Below, piece after piece: positions 1 to 10,874 of a stretch of 64,000 bases of DNA. Made by a program: the position numbers and the translations under genes. The stretch is from Camelus ferus (taxonomy: Eukaryota), in contig NC_045696.1 in NCBI RefSeq assembly GCF_009834535.1, positions 38,876,001 to 38,940,000 on the forward strand, read 5' to 3'. The notes beneath the pieces were generated by a model, which was not told the DNA's origin, did not search any database, and saw nothing but the letters and a program-made list of their open reading frames with translations. Position 1 is the stretch's first letter. Every line of letters begins with the position of its first letter.

Positions 1-269
1 GGCATTGTGACACGTGGAATTCTCTTCACCATGCCAGAACAGAATCCCCAGGTGTATACAGACAAGATTTCAGAAGTATGTACTTCAGGGGTCCATTGGA
101 GAACTAGTTTATTCCCCCTCGCTCCTTGCAGATACTTACAGTTAGCAACAAATGCCATCCCTCTTGATGGAGATAAAGAATAAATAACAGGTAGAGTTGG
201 TTGTTTCCCTTTTTCTTGAGTGTATTCTGCACAGTGTTTAGCACAGAAACTAAATATGAAAAGAAATAA

Positions 270-520
270 TACTAATAATTACTCTTAGTGAGCTAAGCAC
301 TGTCACAAGCATTTTACATGCATTCTCCTTTTTAATCCACGGAACAGCCCCATAGGTTCATTGAGAGATCATTATCTCCTCTTTACAGCTGAGAAAAGTG
401 AGCTATGGCGAGGTAACGGAACTGGCCAAAAGGCACACAGCTTCTAAGTAGCAGAGGCAGGATTCCGATCTAAGCGGTGCCACCCGGAGCCTGAGCTCTT
501 AACCTCTACGCTTTACTGTC
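270..520 (-). mobile_element. MIR SINE, near full length
   Basis: Reverse-complement MIR core (attatctcctctttacagctgagaaaagtgag...ggcacacagcttctaagtagcagaggcaggattc...gagctcttaacctctac) matches the recalled MIR consensus; ends approximate. Confidence 0.8.
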
Positions 521-930
521 CCAGAAAGTAAATAAAGTAGAGGCCACACAGAAAGGACTCTGATATGCAACTCCCAAGTCCAGCACAGACACCAAACCTT
601 AACTCAGCAAGAACGCAAGACCGGGGAGAATACACTGTGCCCCACAGAGAGACGAGGACGGTCTCGAAAACGTGAAAATGAATCCCTTTTTGCCGCCGTT
701 TCCCTTATGCCACAATCTTCTAGAACATGTGTTCAGTTAAGCATTTAACTAACTGTATTTCATCTAAACTCACATTTGACTAGAACAAATACCCTGAGTT
801 TTTGAGGGGTGGTAGATAAGTGATTCTGTGGAAACTGTCTGAGCCCAGTTTCCCTGGAACACAGAGCCTCAGGAAAGGATGTAAACTGGCGAGGCTCTGT
901 TTGGGGGGTACAAAACTAGGGCACCTGGAT

Positions 931-986
931 GGGGGAGAACGGGGGTGAGACAGGGAAGAATGGGGGTGAGACAGGGAAGAATGGGG
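931..986 (+). repeat. 21-bp tandem duplication GGGGGTGAGACAGGGAAGAAT x2, G-rich
   Basis: Exact copies at 941-961 and 962-982, flanked by further G-runs. Confidence 0.9.
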
Positions 987-3900
987 CCAACATCACAACG
1001 GATCGCTGTGCTGCTGCCCCTCCGCGCGGACCGTGAAGGACACAGCGGTTGAGAGACATGTCCACTCACCGCGTAGAATGTCTCCAAATGGGTTGTACGA
1101 AGGAACCACGCCTGGCATCGTTCATGGGAAGAAGGAAGAAGGAGGGATCTCTCTGTGCAGCTCCTTCCTGACTCCTGTTTCCACTGGCCAGTGTTCACCA
1201 TATTGTGAATTAATTCCCCCAGGCTTCCAAGTTGAGTGAACTGGCACCTTCAGTGACCGCATGAGATGCCAAGTTCCACATTCTGTGTGTAGTGTATTCA
1301 AGTCCAGAGTGATGATGGAAGTCACCAGTTCTGAGCCTGTAGCTGATGGACCTGAAGGAGTGGAGGTGGACTTGGCATTCCCAAGGCAAATGCCCCATCA
1401 GCACTCAGGGGTGGCGGCATGGTCCACGGAGCAGATGAGGCTAACAGAAGCTGACATATCCCTTCATATTTGTGCAGCTTAGGAAATCAGCTTCTTCAAC
1501 TGAGCTGAATAGAATATCTAAAGTCAAGGCCACTAAGAAAGAACTATCTCCTTTAAGGTATGACAACATCTCTAAGTGTGAGGTATAGAGGAAAAAAGAA
1601 ATACACACATATATACACACTATACATGTATACACACATGTATATTCATTTCCTTCAATCTCACAAAATGTTCGGTCCTGCACATTATAATCCAAACAGA
1701 AACAATGGATTTTCAGAAATACAATTCTGAAAAGATGTGGGTTTTCAGAGGCAGTAGTCCATCTACCATGATGGTAGACCAGGGCAGGCCAGCAGGGAGA
1801 AGAATGGAAATGACATTCAGAAGGAAAAGAATGTTAGGAAAACTCACACAGGCCACATCACAGGCCAAAGGCCAGGAGGCAGGTGGGTCATGTCAGAGGG
1901 TAAAGAGAAAGGTTTTCCTGGTGGTGGGCAGAGCACCTGGCAGCAGGTAATGAATCGCAGTCCAGGAAGGCAAGCAAACTGTGCTAGACATGGTTTATGG
2001 GGTTTAGGGTCAAGAACTGTAGTTATCACCTTACTCTGTTGCGACCTCTACACTATATTGGGGCAGGACAATTATCCAGGTATGAGAACTAAACAGGGAT
2101 TGGTGTCAAAGAACCAAGCAGGAGCTAATGGACAAGGAGGACACCACAAGGCTGACTCAATTTTGAGTCTTAAAGCTTTCAGGGTTCCCTGGTAGGGGTA
2201 GTTAGTGGCCCCAGAGCTTAAGAGAGAGCGTAGTATGCCAGTGATGGCTGAGGATTCATTCTTGGGGAGAAGAGACGATGAGAGGGCAGAAAGTCAGGTT
2301 AAAGTCATTTAATTACTAATGTTCCTGAACATTAGTTAGTCAGTACACTGACAGCTAATGATATTCTTTTAGCAAAAATTTATTGCGCACTTATTATATC
2401 TGATGCTTAATACTATTTCAAACTGGCAACAAATACAAAAGTTCTATCATTTATTGTGTATTTTGATAGTCTAACATATTTCTGAGTTAACATATTTCTC
2501 ACAATCATAGAATATATGCATATATATAATTTCATTTTAAATACTAAAATTTAATATTACTATTTGAATTTGTCTGATAATGATTACCTACCTTCTTAAC
2601 TGTCACACAGTATCAATTATACTTATCTGACTTTCACATTCACCTATAATCCCTTCCTTCTTCTTTTCCATCCCCTATCAACATAATGCAGTCAATTCCT
2701 TAAATGATAGGTGGTAGAAATAATCTATAGAGATACCTAGCCATTTCCCCAAATTTATAAATTGAGTGCCAGGTTGAAGATAATGTAAGGTATCTGCATT
2801 CCTAGTTCAGTGTTCTCAAAAGTAGCCCTTCCTGACAGCTGGCACGAGTCTCCTGCTCTGACAGCCTGACCCTTACACTCCAATTAAATATAAAAACAGA
2901 TCTGAATCTTTTCACCCAGTTGTACTGTCAAGGATAGTATAACTTGACTGTCATGGGGAGCTCCTTAAATCAGCCTGCCAAGAAAATATGATTGTAGTAC
3001 CGATTTTAGCATTCAGAAATATTCACTCCCTTTCACTTACACAGATTTTGAGGGTCAAAGCTATGCATTTTTATCAGATATTTTATTATCTTTCAACCTT
3101 TGTGAAGATCAATGTATTAGAATAGAGGAAGAACTTTTTCTCCTTTACTGTTGAAGTGATTTGGGACGAGGGAAACACTAACAAGGACTTTTTATTGCTT
3201 ATTGAAAGTTCCCATTGGACAAAATAAGAAAGTTATATTTTTAAAAAGATGGATGTAATATTTAAATTCCATAATACTTTTGGAAACTAAGCATCTGTTC
3301 AAAATAGATGCACATTTAGAAAAGGGATAAAAGTGTGGAGTTTTGAATTTTCTTAGAAACATGATGCTTCCAAGAAGAGTTGCAGCATGTTTCAGCAAAA
3401 AGTTAAAAACTCTAAAAGCCCTGACTTATAAATCTAAGCAAAGAAAGAAACTTTTAGAAGTAGATTTTTTTCCATTTATTTTAAATGTAAGATAATTCTT
3501 ATTATAATGCCTAAAAATGAACTTTTTAGCATTTTTCTGTCACATAATGGGTACAACCTAATCACTATTTTTTTTTATTGTCATTCCAATGGTCATGCTT
3601 TTAGGAGGTGGCATGCAAATCATTCTGGCTTCAACTAGCATGGGTTGATTGAATCGTGGGGTTTTACTGATTAGATCATAAAAGCCATCATTTAACGCAG
3701 TGAACTACTAAAACCTCTAGGACTTTCTCTTCAAACAAATAAAGAGTCCTAAATAAAGAAATCCAAGTTTAATATAGTTAAACTATCATCCTCATGTTAC
3801 CATCATCAGCATGAGCACCCACTGTACTAAATCTTTTTCCTTGAATTATAAAAGGTAATTTTGCCTTTTTAAGAGATACTTAGGAGAAAGGGGATGGGAT

Positions 3901-5349
3901 CATCTTAGGGCTCATAAAAGTAAAAGACTGACAACACTGGCTGAAGCCATGCAGAAAGCAGTCGGCCCCGGGGAGGCACTGCTGACAGCCACGCTAATGC
4001 ACTACGATGCTGACGTGAAACTGCCTCTAGATTCCAGAAAGAAGGCATTTGGGAAGAGCCGGTCAATAACGTAAAACTGGGCCAAATGTTTCTGCTTGTG
4101 AACTGCTAGCCAAAGCCTACCCAAGACTAACTGGAGATGACCAAGCTCATGTTTTAAATGAAAAATATGAGCACAGCCATCCTCAAGTGAAAGGAGCTTT
4201 CATGCAAATTAAGGTGTTATTTTTTAATATTATATTGGGTTTAACATCTCAGGTATTTTTCCACAAGTAGATATATTTTTCCTTCCTGAATTCTCAGGGG
4301 TCTGCTTTAAGTTCAGTTTTGTTTACCGGAAAGATACGAGAACAAGTTTAATGCTGTGAAAGATGTTTACTTAGAGCAATAATATGACAAGCAGAACAGA
4401 AGACGTAGCAACTTGCACATCACATAAAACTTTCCAACCAACACTGGCTCTAAAATTACTAGTAAACTGAAAAACAAAACAAAATGCAAACATAAGACCA
4501 AGAGTATAGGTAAAAACTAACCATATCAAAAACACTATCAAATAAATTACCTTCTTTTATGCTTAAATAATGAATGAAGCTTCTGGTAACCGTAACTGCT
4601 GTTTTTGATGCCTTGAATTGCTTCAGCAACTTGACCTTGGGTGTATTTCTCTGGAGTATAATATTGAGCCCCTGTGAAGTCCTTTTCCCTGAGCAAATCT
4701 GTTGTCAGAGGGGAAAAACAACTAAAAAATTGATCCTATAGAATTTCATAAATGACAGCACTGAAAAGCAACTTCTCTGAGTGAATTTTCTTTCTTCTAC
4801 CCAGTACACGTACATATGTGAGGAAACAAAATAAAACAAGACAAAAAGTTGGACATTTATCCTTCTACCTTTCAAGTAAACTATTTAAACTATGAATTTT
4901 ATATAGACTTAAGCACACAAAAATCATTATTGATTAAATAGGGAAAAGGTAGATTGTTTTTAAACATGGCATTATTAATTTTAAATATTATAAGAAATCT
5001 TTCTAGTGTAATTAGCAGGTCCTTAGAGGGTTTTCTCTAATACATAGTGTGTGTAAATGATGCTTCAGGATGGTCCTTGAGAATTTTCCAAAATGAGTTT
5101 TTTAATATCCCTCCCTCAACTTTGTTTACTTAATTAATAAGGACTCTCATTTAGATATGTTATGTTAGGCAGCGTAAATGTCATTCCATTATTCTCTGAA
5201 ATATGGCAAATATCTAGTAAGAGAAATTGACATAAATGTGTTAAACATATATAACGTAACTTTGGTGTCATATGTGACTATTATAGGATTATTAAATAAT
5301 GTACTAACTTTCTAGAGATGGCAAGACTTCCCTATTTCTGCTCTTCCCC

Positions 5350-5985
5350 CTTTTGGTCCCTTATTCCCCCATCACTCTTCCATAATGCGGCCAAAGTGAT
5401 CTAAAAAATAATAAACACAGAACCTCTATTTTTATCACCCCATTGCTTGAAGTCTTTCAATTGACACAAGTAAAGGTCCAGGTTCTTTAAATACCCTAGG
5501 AAGCCCTTCATGATCCTTTTTTTTTTTTTTAGTTGAGGTACTGGGATTGAACTCAGGACCTCATACATGTTAGGCATGCACTCTACCACTGAGCTATACC
5601 CTGCCCACCTCCTTTAAGATCATTTAAGCCCCCCATGATCACTACCTTGCTCACTTCTCTAGTCTCTCTCTCTCCCCACTCCCTCATCACACATTCTACT
5701 TTCCAGTTGCACTCAAATTCTTTCAGTACCTCTAACTCTGTTATGCTCTCTCTTGTCTACCTGCTCTTCTCTCTGCCTGGACCAGTCTTTTCCTCTCTCC
5801 ATCCCAGGTCTCCTCCTCTCCCAATTTCTTTTATTCATCTAACTTCAGTCTTCCATAAGGCCCGAGCCTAGACACTATTTTCTCTCGAAAGCCTTCCCTG
5901 ACTCTCCGCTTTCATGGTACCTGTCACATTTCAGAACATCCTTTGTTGTGTGTTATTATCTCCCATTAGATAATAAGTACTGTCA
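5350..5985 (+). mobile_element. L2 LINE 3' fragment, interrupted by a SINE
   Basis: Diverged L2 3'-region motifs (cccttcatgatc, ctctgcctgg, gccttccctgac, ctcccattaga); boundaries approximate. Confidence 0.6.
5517..5609 (-). mobile_element. Young tRNA-derived SINE (camelid Vicugna/Camelus-type)
   Basis: Minus strand reads GGGCAGGGTATAGCTCAGTGGTAGAGTGCATGCCTAACATGTATGAGGTCCTGAGTTCAATCCCAGTACCTCAACT(A)14, with Pol III A box (TAGCTCAGTGG), B box (GAGTTCAATCC) and poly(A) tail. Possible TSD aagcccttcatgatc (5501-5515) / aagccccccatgatc (5626-5640). Confidence 0.85.
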
Positions 5986-6959
5986 TGATCTTATGCTACA
6001 GCTCCAATTCCTTTAACTAATATTGATTGTCTGTTATGCTCAGACTCATCTCTAAGCTCTGAGAAAATTAGCAAAGGATCAAGTAAGGATCAGATTTGCC
6101 TCAGGAAAATCTGCAGACACAACAAGTATTTGTTGGCAAGAATAGTAAAAGAAAACAGGACAGTAGAGAGCAAAAGAAAAAAAATAGATTGAGAAGAGCG
6201 TACAGAGTGAAATAAGAACCAGGAACCATTCAAGATAAAAATGGAATGGGCTCATAAAAATTCAGGTTGATCTCTTAAGAGACCCCATCCACAACCAGAT
6301 AGGTCCTCTTTCATTTAAAACTTTGTGGTTGCCTCCTGATATTATTTGAAGGTGGTAGAGATGGTTCCTTGCTTCATCACATCCAGATTCTGCCATATTA
6401 TGCTGTTCAGCATTCCAGCGATGTCCCCCAGAGCCATCTGCTGCCCACAAGGAACAAGACTTCAGAACCTACATGATGTACTTAATCCTGAGAAAAACAA
6501 GCTGGAAGCTTATTTTAAAAGCATTGCTTTTCCAAAATTTAGTCACTGGGAAAATCTGCTATAAAACAGTGAATATGTTATGCAAGTAAAAGCAGACCTT
6601 TCAACCTGCTTGGTATGGTGCATGATTGCACACACTTACTGCAAGTGATTCTGCCAGAATTAAAAGTAATTTAATTTTTTATTAGACATTTAGTGCAAAA
6701 GGTCAAGAAAGAGGTTTGGGATCCCTGTTATCTTATGCTTAGAATAATTTTTTAAACTTATTTATAGCACTTTTTATCAAATGATACAGATCTTTAAGCC
6801 ACAACAAAATTAGGATGAAAACAAACAAACAAATCAAACCAAGTTGTATGTAATTTCGCATACAGAAATTGTGACAGCACCCCAAATTATAAGATTCTGT
6901 TTTCCAGGGACACGTTTCAAGTTACGGTGACATTATGAAACTGTACTGACTACCATTCT

Positions 6960-7410
6960 AAATGCCTAACCAAGCCTTCAGTGACATGGCCACCGATGTT
7001 TCCAACTTCATGGCCACTGGTTTCCTCCTTGGACTCTCGGAAGCAGCAATTTTAGGCAGCTTGCAAGTCCTGGACATATTATGCTGTTCCACCCTCTGTG
7101 TGCCTTTGAACTCACCGTTCTCTCTGAAAGGAAGCCCTGGCCTCTGTCTTACTCTTCAAATTCCTACTTTTCTTTTTACTCTGTGTAAGACATTAGCTCT
7201 ATTATGACACCTTTCTGCTTCTCCCCACAACCATCCCAAACAGCTGGCCCTCCTTTTTTGCTGCCAGATGAATTTTGTACAGACTTCTGTTAGAGCCCTT
7301 ACCCTCTGCGCTGCCGTTATTTGTTTACATTGATGTCTTTCCTGCTCTAACATGATCTCCCTAAGGACAAGGAGGATGTCTTTGTGACTCAAGCACCTGG
7401 CATGTGAGAT
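6960..7410 (+). mobile_element. L2 fragment(s)
   Basis: L2-like 3' terminus (ctccctaaggacaagga...gcacctggcatg) followed by aatgaatgaatg; highly diverged. Confidence 0.45.
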
Positions 7411-7415
7411 GTGTT

Positions 7416-7492
7416 AAAAAAAAAAAAAAGTTTGATCAAAAAAAAAGAAAGAAAGAAAGGAAGGAAGGAAGGAAGGAAACAAATGAATGAAT
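7416..7492 (+). repeat. poly(A)/(GAAA)n/(GGAA)n simple repeat
   Basis: Directly visible A-runs, GAAA and GGAA units. Confidence 0.9.
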
Positions 7493-10400
7493 GCCACCAG
7501 GGATTTTCAGCGCCTCTCTGTGTGATGCCCTTTATAGACTGAAAATTTAGAATGGGAAACTTCCCTTTCTTCTTTTCCTTGTCATTAACCAAGTTCATAA
7601 TGGTGACTAAGAAGGAACTAAAAAGTGGCATTTGAATTCCACTCACACACGTATGGTTCTGAGACTGTGGTTTTTCATTTTACATCATTTGCCTAATTCA
7701 TCCCATCCAGTCATCCCCTCAGCAAATAATCATTAAATTCCTATATAATCATAGCACCATGCTAAATACTGTAAAGTAGATTACAAAGAATAGAAGACCC
7801 TCCAAGATTTTTATAACCTTCCTGAGATGACAGCACATCCACATTTTTAAAAGCCAAATAGTGGTATACAGAAGGTACGTGATGCTAAGTGCCAAATGAG
7901 TGAGGCAGACAATGGGTGTTGCAGGCAGGCTGAAGAGGAGTAAGCACGTTAGTCATGAACAAAACAGCACCTGAGGGAAAACTGACAAGACAGCATTCCG
8001 TGTTGGAATAATGGAATGAACAAAGGTTTGTAGAAATTTTCTCTACTAAAAACCCGAGGATATAAGAAAACTGTTCTCCATATTTTAATCGTTTGATCCC
8101 AACTTTAAAACTTATTGAGCACACTAGCATTTTAATAATTCTCTCAGCCAAAGTCTACCTTTAAAATAGATGTATTTGCACTAAACATTGTTTTGGTATT
8201 TCCAGTCCCAGGGACTTGCAGACTTTTCTCAAGTTCTTACCCACCTTTGGACGTGAGCCCCTCAGCCTTGTGCTGCCCACAGAGCAATGCTTTCTTGCTC
8301 TTTCAGAAGATTGCCCTCTCTTCTGTCGAGTGCTCATCGACATAGCCGGTCGCAGACAGACTGCCCCTAAAGATGTCATTACGTCATCTTGTCTCTCCTC
8401 CTCAGGTTACACTCAGAGCTAGCCTTTCTGACAGTGGGTAATTTGAGGTCATAGTTGCACTCTGAACTGACACATCACAACACTACATGCCACAGCTGCA
8501 AGAGAAGACCTGCTTCTCAGATACGTTCAGTCAAAGCACTGTGGGTCTGTCAGGAAGAGTTTGCTTTCATGTGTGAAGTGCCTGTGGGCGTAACAGTGAC
8601 TCAGGAAGCCACTGAGCTCCGCACTCACCCTTTCTGCTGCGTTTCCTTAGACGGAAGTGGAGGTTGTGCCTTCTGTTTTAACTCACTGGGGTGCGATGTG
8701 TATTGACAAATCACAGAGTATTAAACTTCCCATGACCTGCAAGATCACACAGTCAAGCCCTCTCAGCTGACAGAGAATCTGTGGCTTGCCCGAGATCACA
8801 CAACAGATTAGGGGAAAAGAGGAATTAGAAGCCGGGGGTTTTGCTTCACAGTTGCTTTCTCACTCCACATAGTACACTTTCTCTCCAAAGTAGGCACCCC
8901 TGGGATTATGAGAATCACTATTGTGTGTGCCTGGAGTCCTATACACTTTCTCCATCCTTTTTAAATATTTGTTTTTAAACAGGGTTTACAAATACTACTA
9001 CTGTAAATATAGACATACCTCCTTTTACAGTCTCTTTTCCTGAAGACATCTGAATGTCAGATCTTTGGGATCTGAATTTTTCCCCAAATAAATAGCATCC
9101 AATTATTGACGGGGATGGGAGGTATAGGATTAATCACTGCTTTGTATTGGTATTATTCTCGCAGGGCCACTTGACAAGAAAGCAAAGTATTCGCTCTTTG
9201 GTGGTATACATCAATTTGAGGCCATTCAGATAAAAATGCTTTGTAAATGCTCCAGTGTTATATGTAGGAAGAATTATATTATCATTTTATATATTACATT
9301 AGCATTTAATGTATTAACTGTCTCAATATTAATGGCCCAAAATAAGTAATCTTTTATTCCCCTTTATGATTTATGTGGTACATTTTTTAAAAATCTGTTA
9401 CTTCTGTGCTAATTTCCATAAGTCTTTGCCATCAAAACTATAGGTGAGATGCTTAAGAAAAGCTCGTTAAAATACACTCGGGAAGAAGTGGAGGGGTAGC
9501 TAATCTTCTGAAGAGCTGGATTAAAATGCAAAATGGAGGGAGAGAGAAAAATAGAGAGGGAGAGGACGCTCTAGGGGAACAGTGTACTGTCCAGAGAAGA
9601 GTGGAGTAGTGTTTTTCACTCTATTGGTATCAGCTATCCCCTTGGGACCTTACCATACAGTATATTTGTAAAATCATAATGAATGATAGATTATTTTTTT
9701 TAATCTGCCTTTACTGTCAGTGGTGTTTAAGTTATCTACACTCAGATACAATTATATATATATAATTATTATATATTATTAAACATATATATATGTTTAA
9801 TTCCCCGTGCATGATAGTAACATTGTGTCCTCCTTTATCTACCTTATAGGATGGAATGGAAAATCTAATTTAACAGATACCCTCAGAATAGTGTTATTCA
9901 CTTAATGATATAGCAACTATATTCTCATCAGAAAGAGAATAAGTACTGAGAGATACGTGGCAATGAATTGTTTTCAGGAGCAATTTAGGAGGAAGCATGT
10001 GAAAAGGATTCTAATTCTTGAGGCTTTGAGTAGCATGATAAGCACTGTCTCATTAAAGGAACAGAAAAAATAGCATTCACTGAGTTGTTTATACATTTAG
10101 ACAGTGAATAAATACGTAGTGTAGTTCCAAGTAGACAGCAGTGAGGAGAGAAGAATGAGAAAGTCTTTCCACAGTAAGGAGTTTTTTAGAGAGTGGAAAA
10201 CAAAGCTGACAAGCTAGCCATTCAACTTTAGCTGAAGTCATTCCTCAGCTGTTCCTATTCCTTATGAAAAATACAGGTAAATACATTTCAGAAGTAGATA
10301 ATTGTTTCCTAATCAGAACAAGGAGGTTGGGTTAAAGTCAGAGTGGGGACAGGGGAACAGCAACGCCTGTAGGAGCCACGAGCGTAATGGAAATAGGGCA

Positions 10401-10849
10401 AGTGCGTCTGATGAAAGACTCGGTGAAGCGGCAGAGTGGAGTGGCGGTGCTCTGGGCAGCCCACGGCCTGTCTGAAGACATTTTACTCACTTAAAAAACT
10501 TAGCCTTGGAAAGCCTAACTGTAGGCCTATTTCAGCGCAAGGTCAAATAGTGAGCTCTGGATTCATAAAATCCAAGACCCTGAGACCTCAGTGAACACCC
10601 ACACAGGAACAAGAAACAACTGTTAAGGAAGTCTTTATTGTATGTAAAAGAGAAAAAAATGGTGTGTTTCATATGTTTTTGGCCCCAAACAATGCTATGT
10701 ACCATAGATTTCTACAGTACTTATCATCCTATAAAAACTGGTTGTTATTAACCCATGACTTACATTTTTAAAATACTATGCCTAAAAGGGTCTTTTGCAA
10801 GATTATCTTGATCGACATCTATGAATCTCATGATACGGATGCAAAATCT

Positions 10850-10874
10850 TGTGTGTGTGGTGTGTGTGTGTGTA
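10850..10874 (+). repeat. Imperfect (TG)n microsatellite
   Basis: tgtgtgtgtggtgtgtgtgtgtgta. Confidence 0.85.

Noticed and set aside
931..986. Direct repeats as a possible CRISPR-like array (also 42058-42102 and 36346/36668)
   Set aside because: Only two copies each, no regular spacers, and the DNA is mammalian.
1750..2290. Purine-rich block resembling an old LTR
   Set aside because: No TG...CA termini or TSD found; family unassignable by eye.
5531..5609. tRNA-like sequence with A and B boxes
   Set aside because: Has a poly(A) tail and no intact cloverleaf; it is a SINE, not a tRNA gene.
10330..10560. CpG-containing block resembling a hAT-type MER fossil
   Set aside because: Could not identify the family or termini with confidence; needs a Dfam search.
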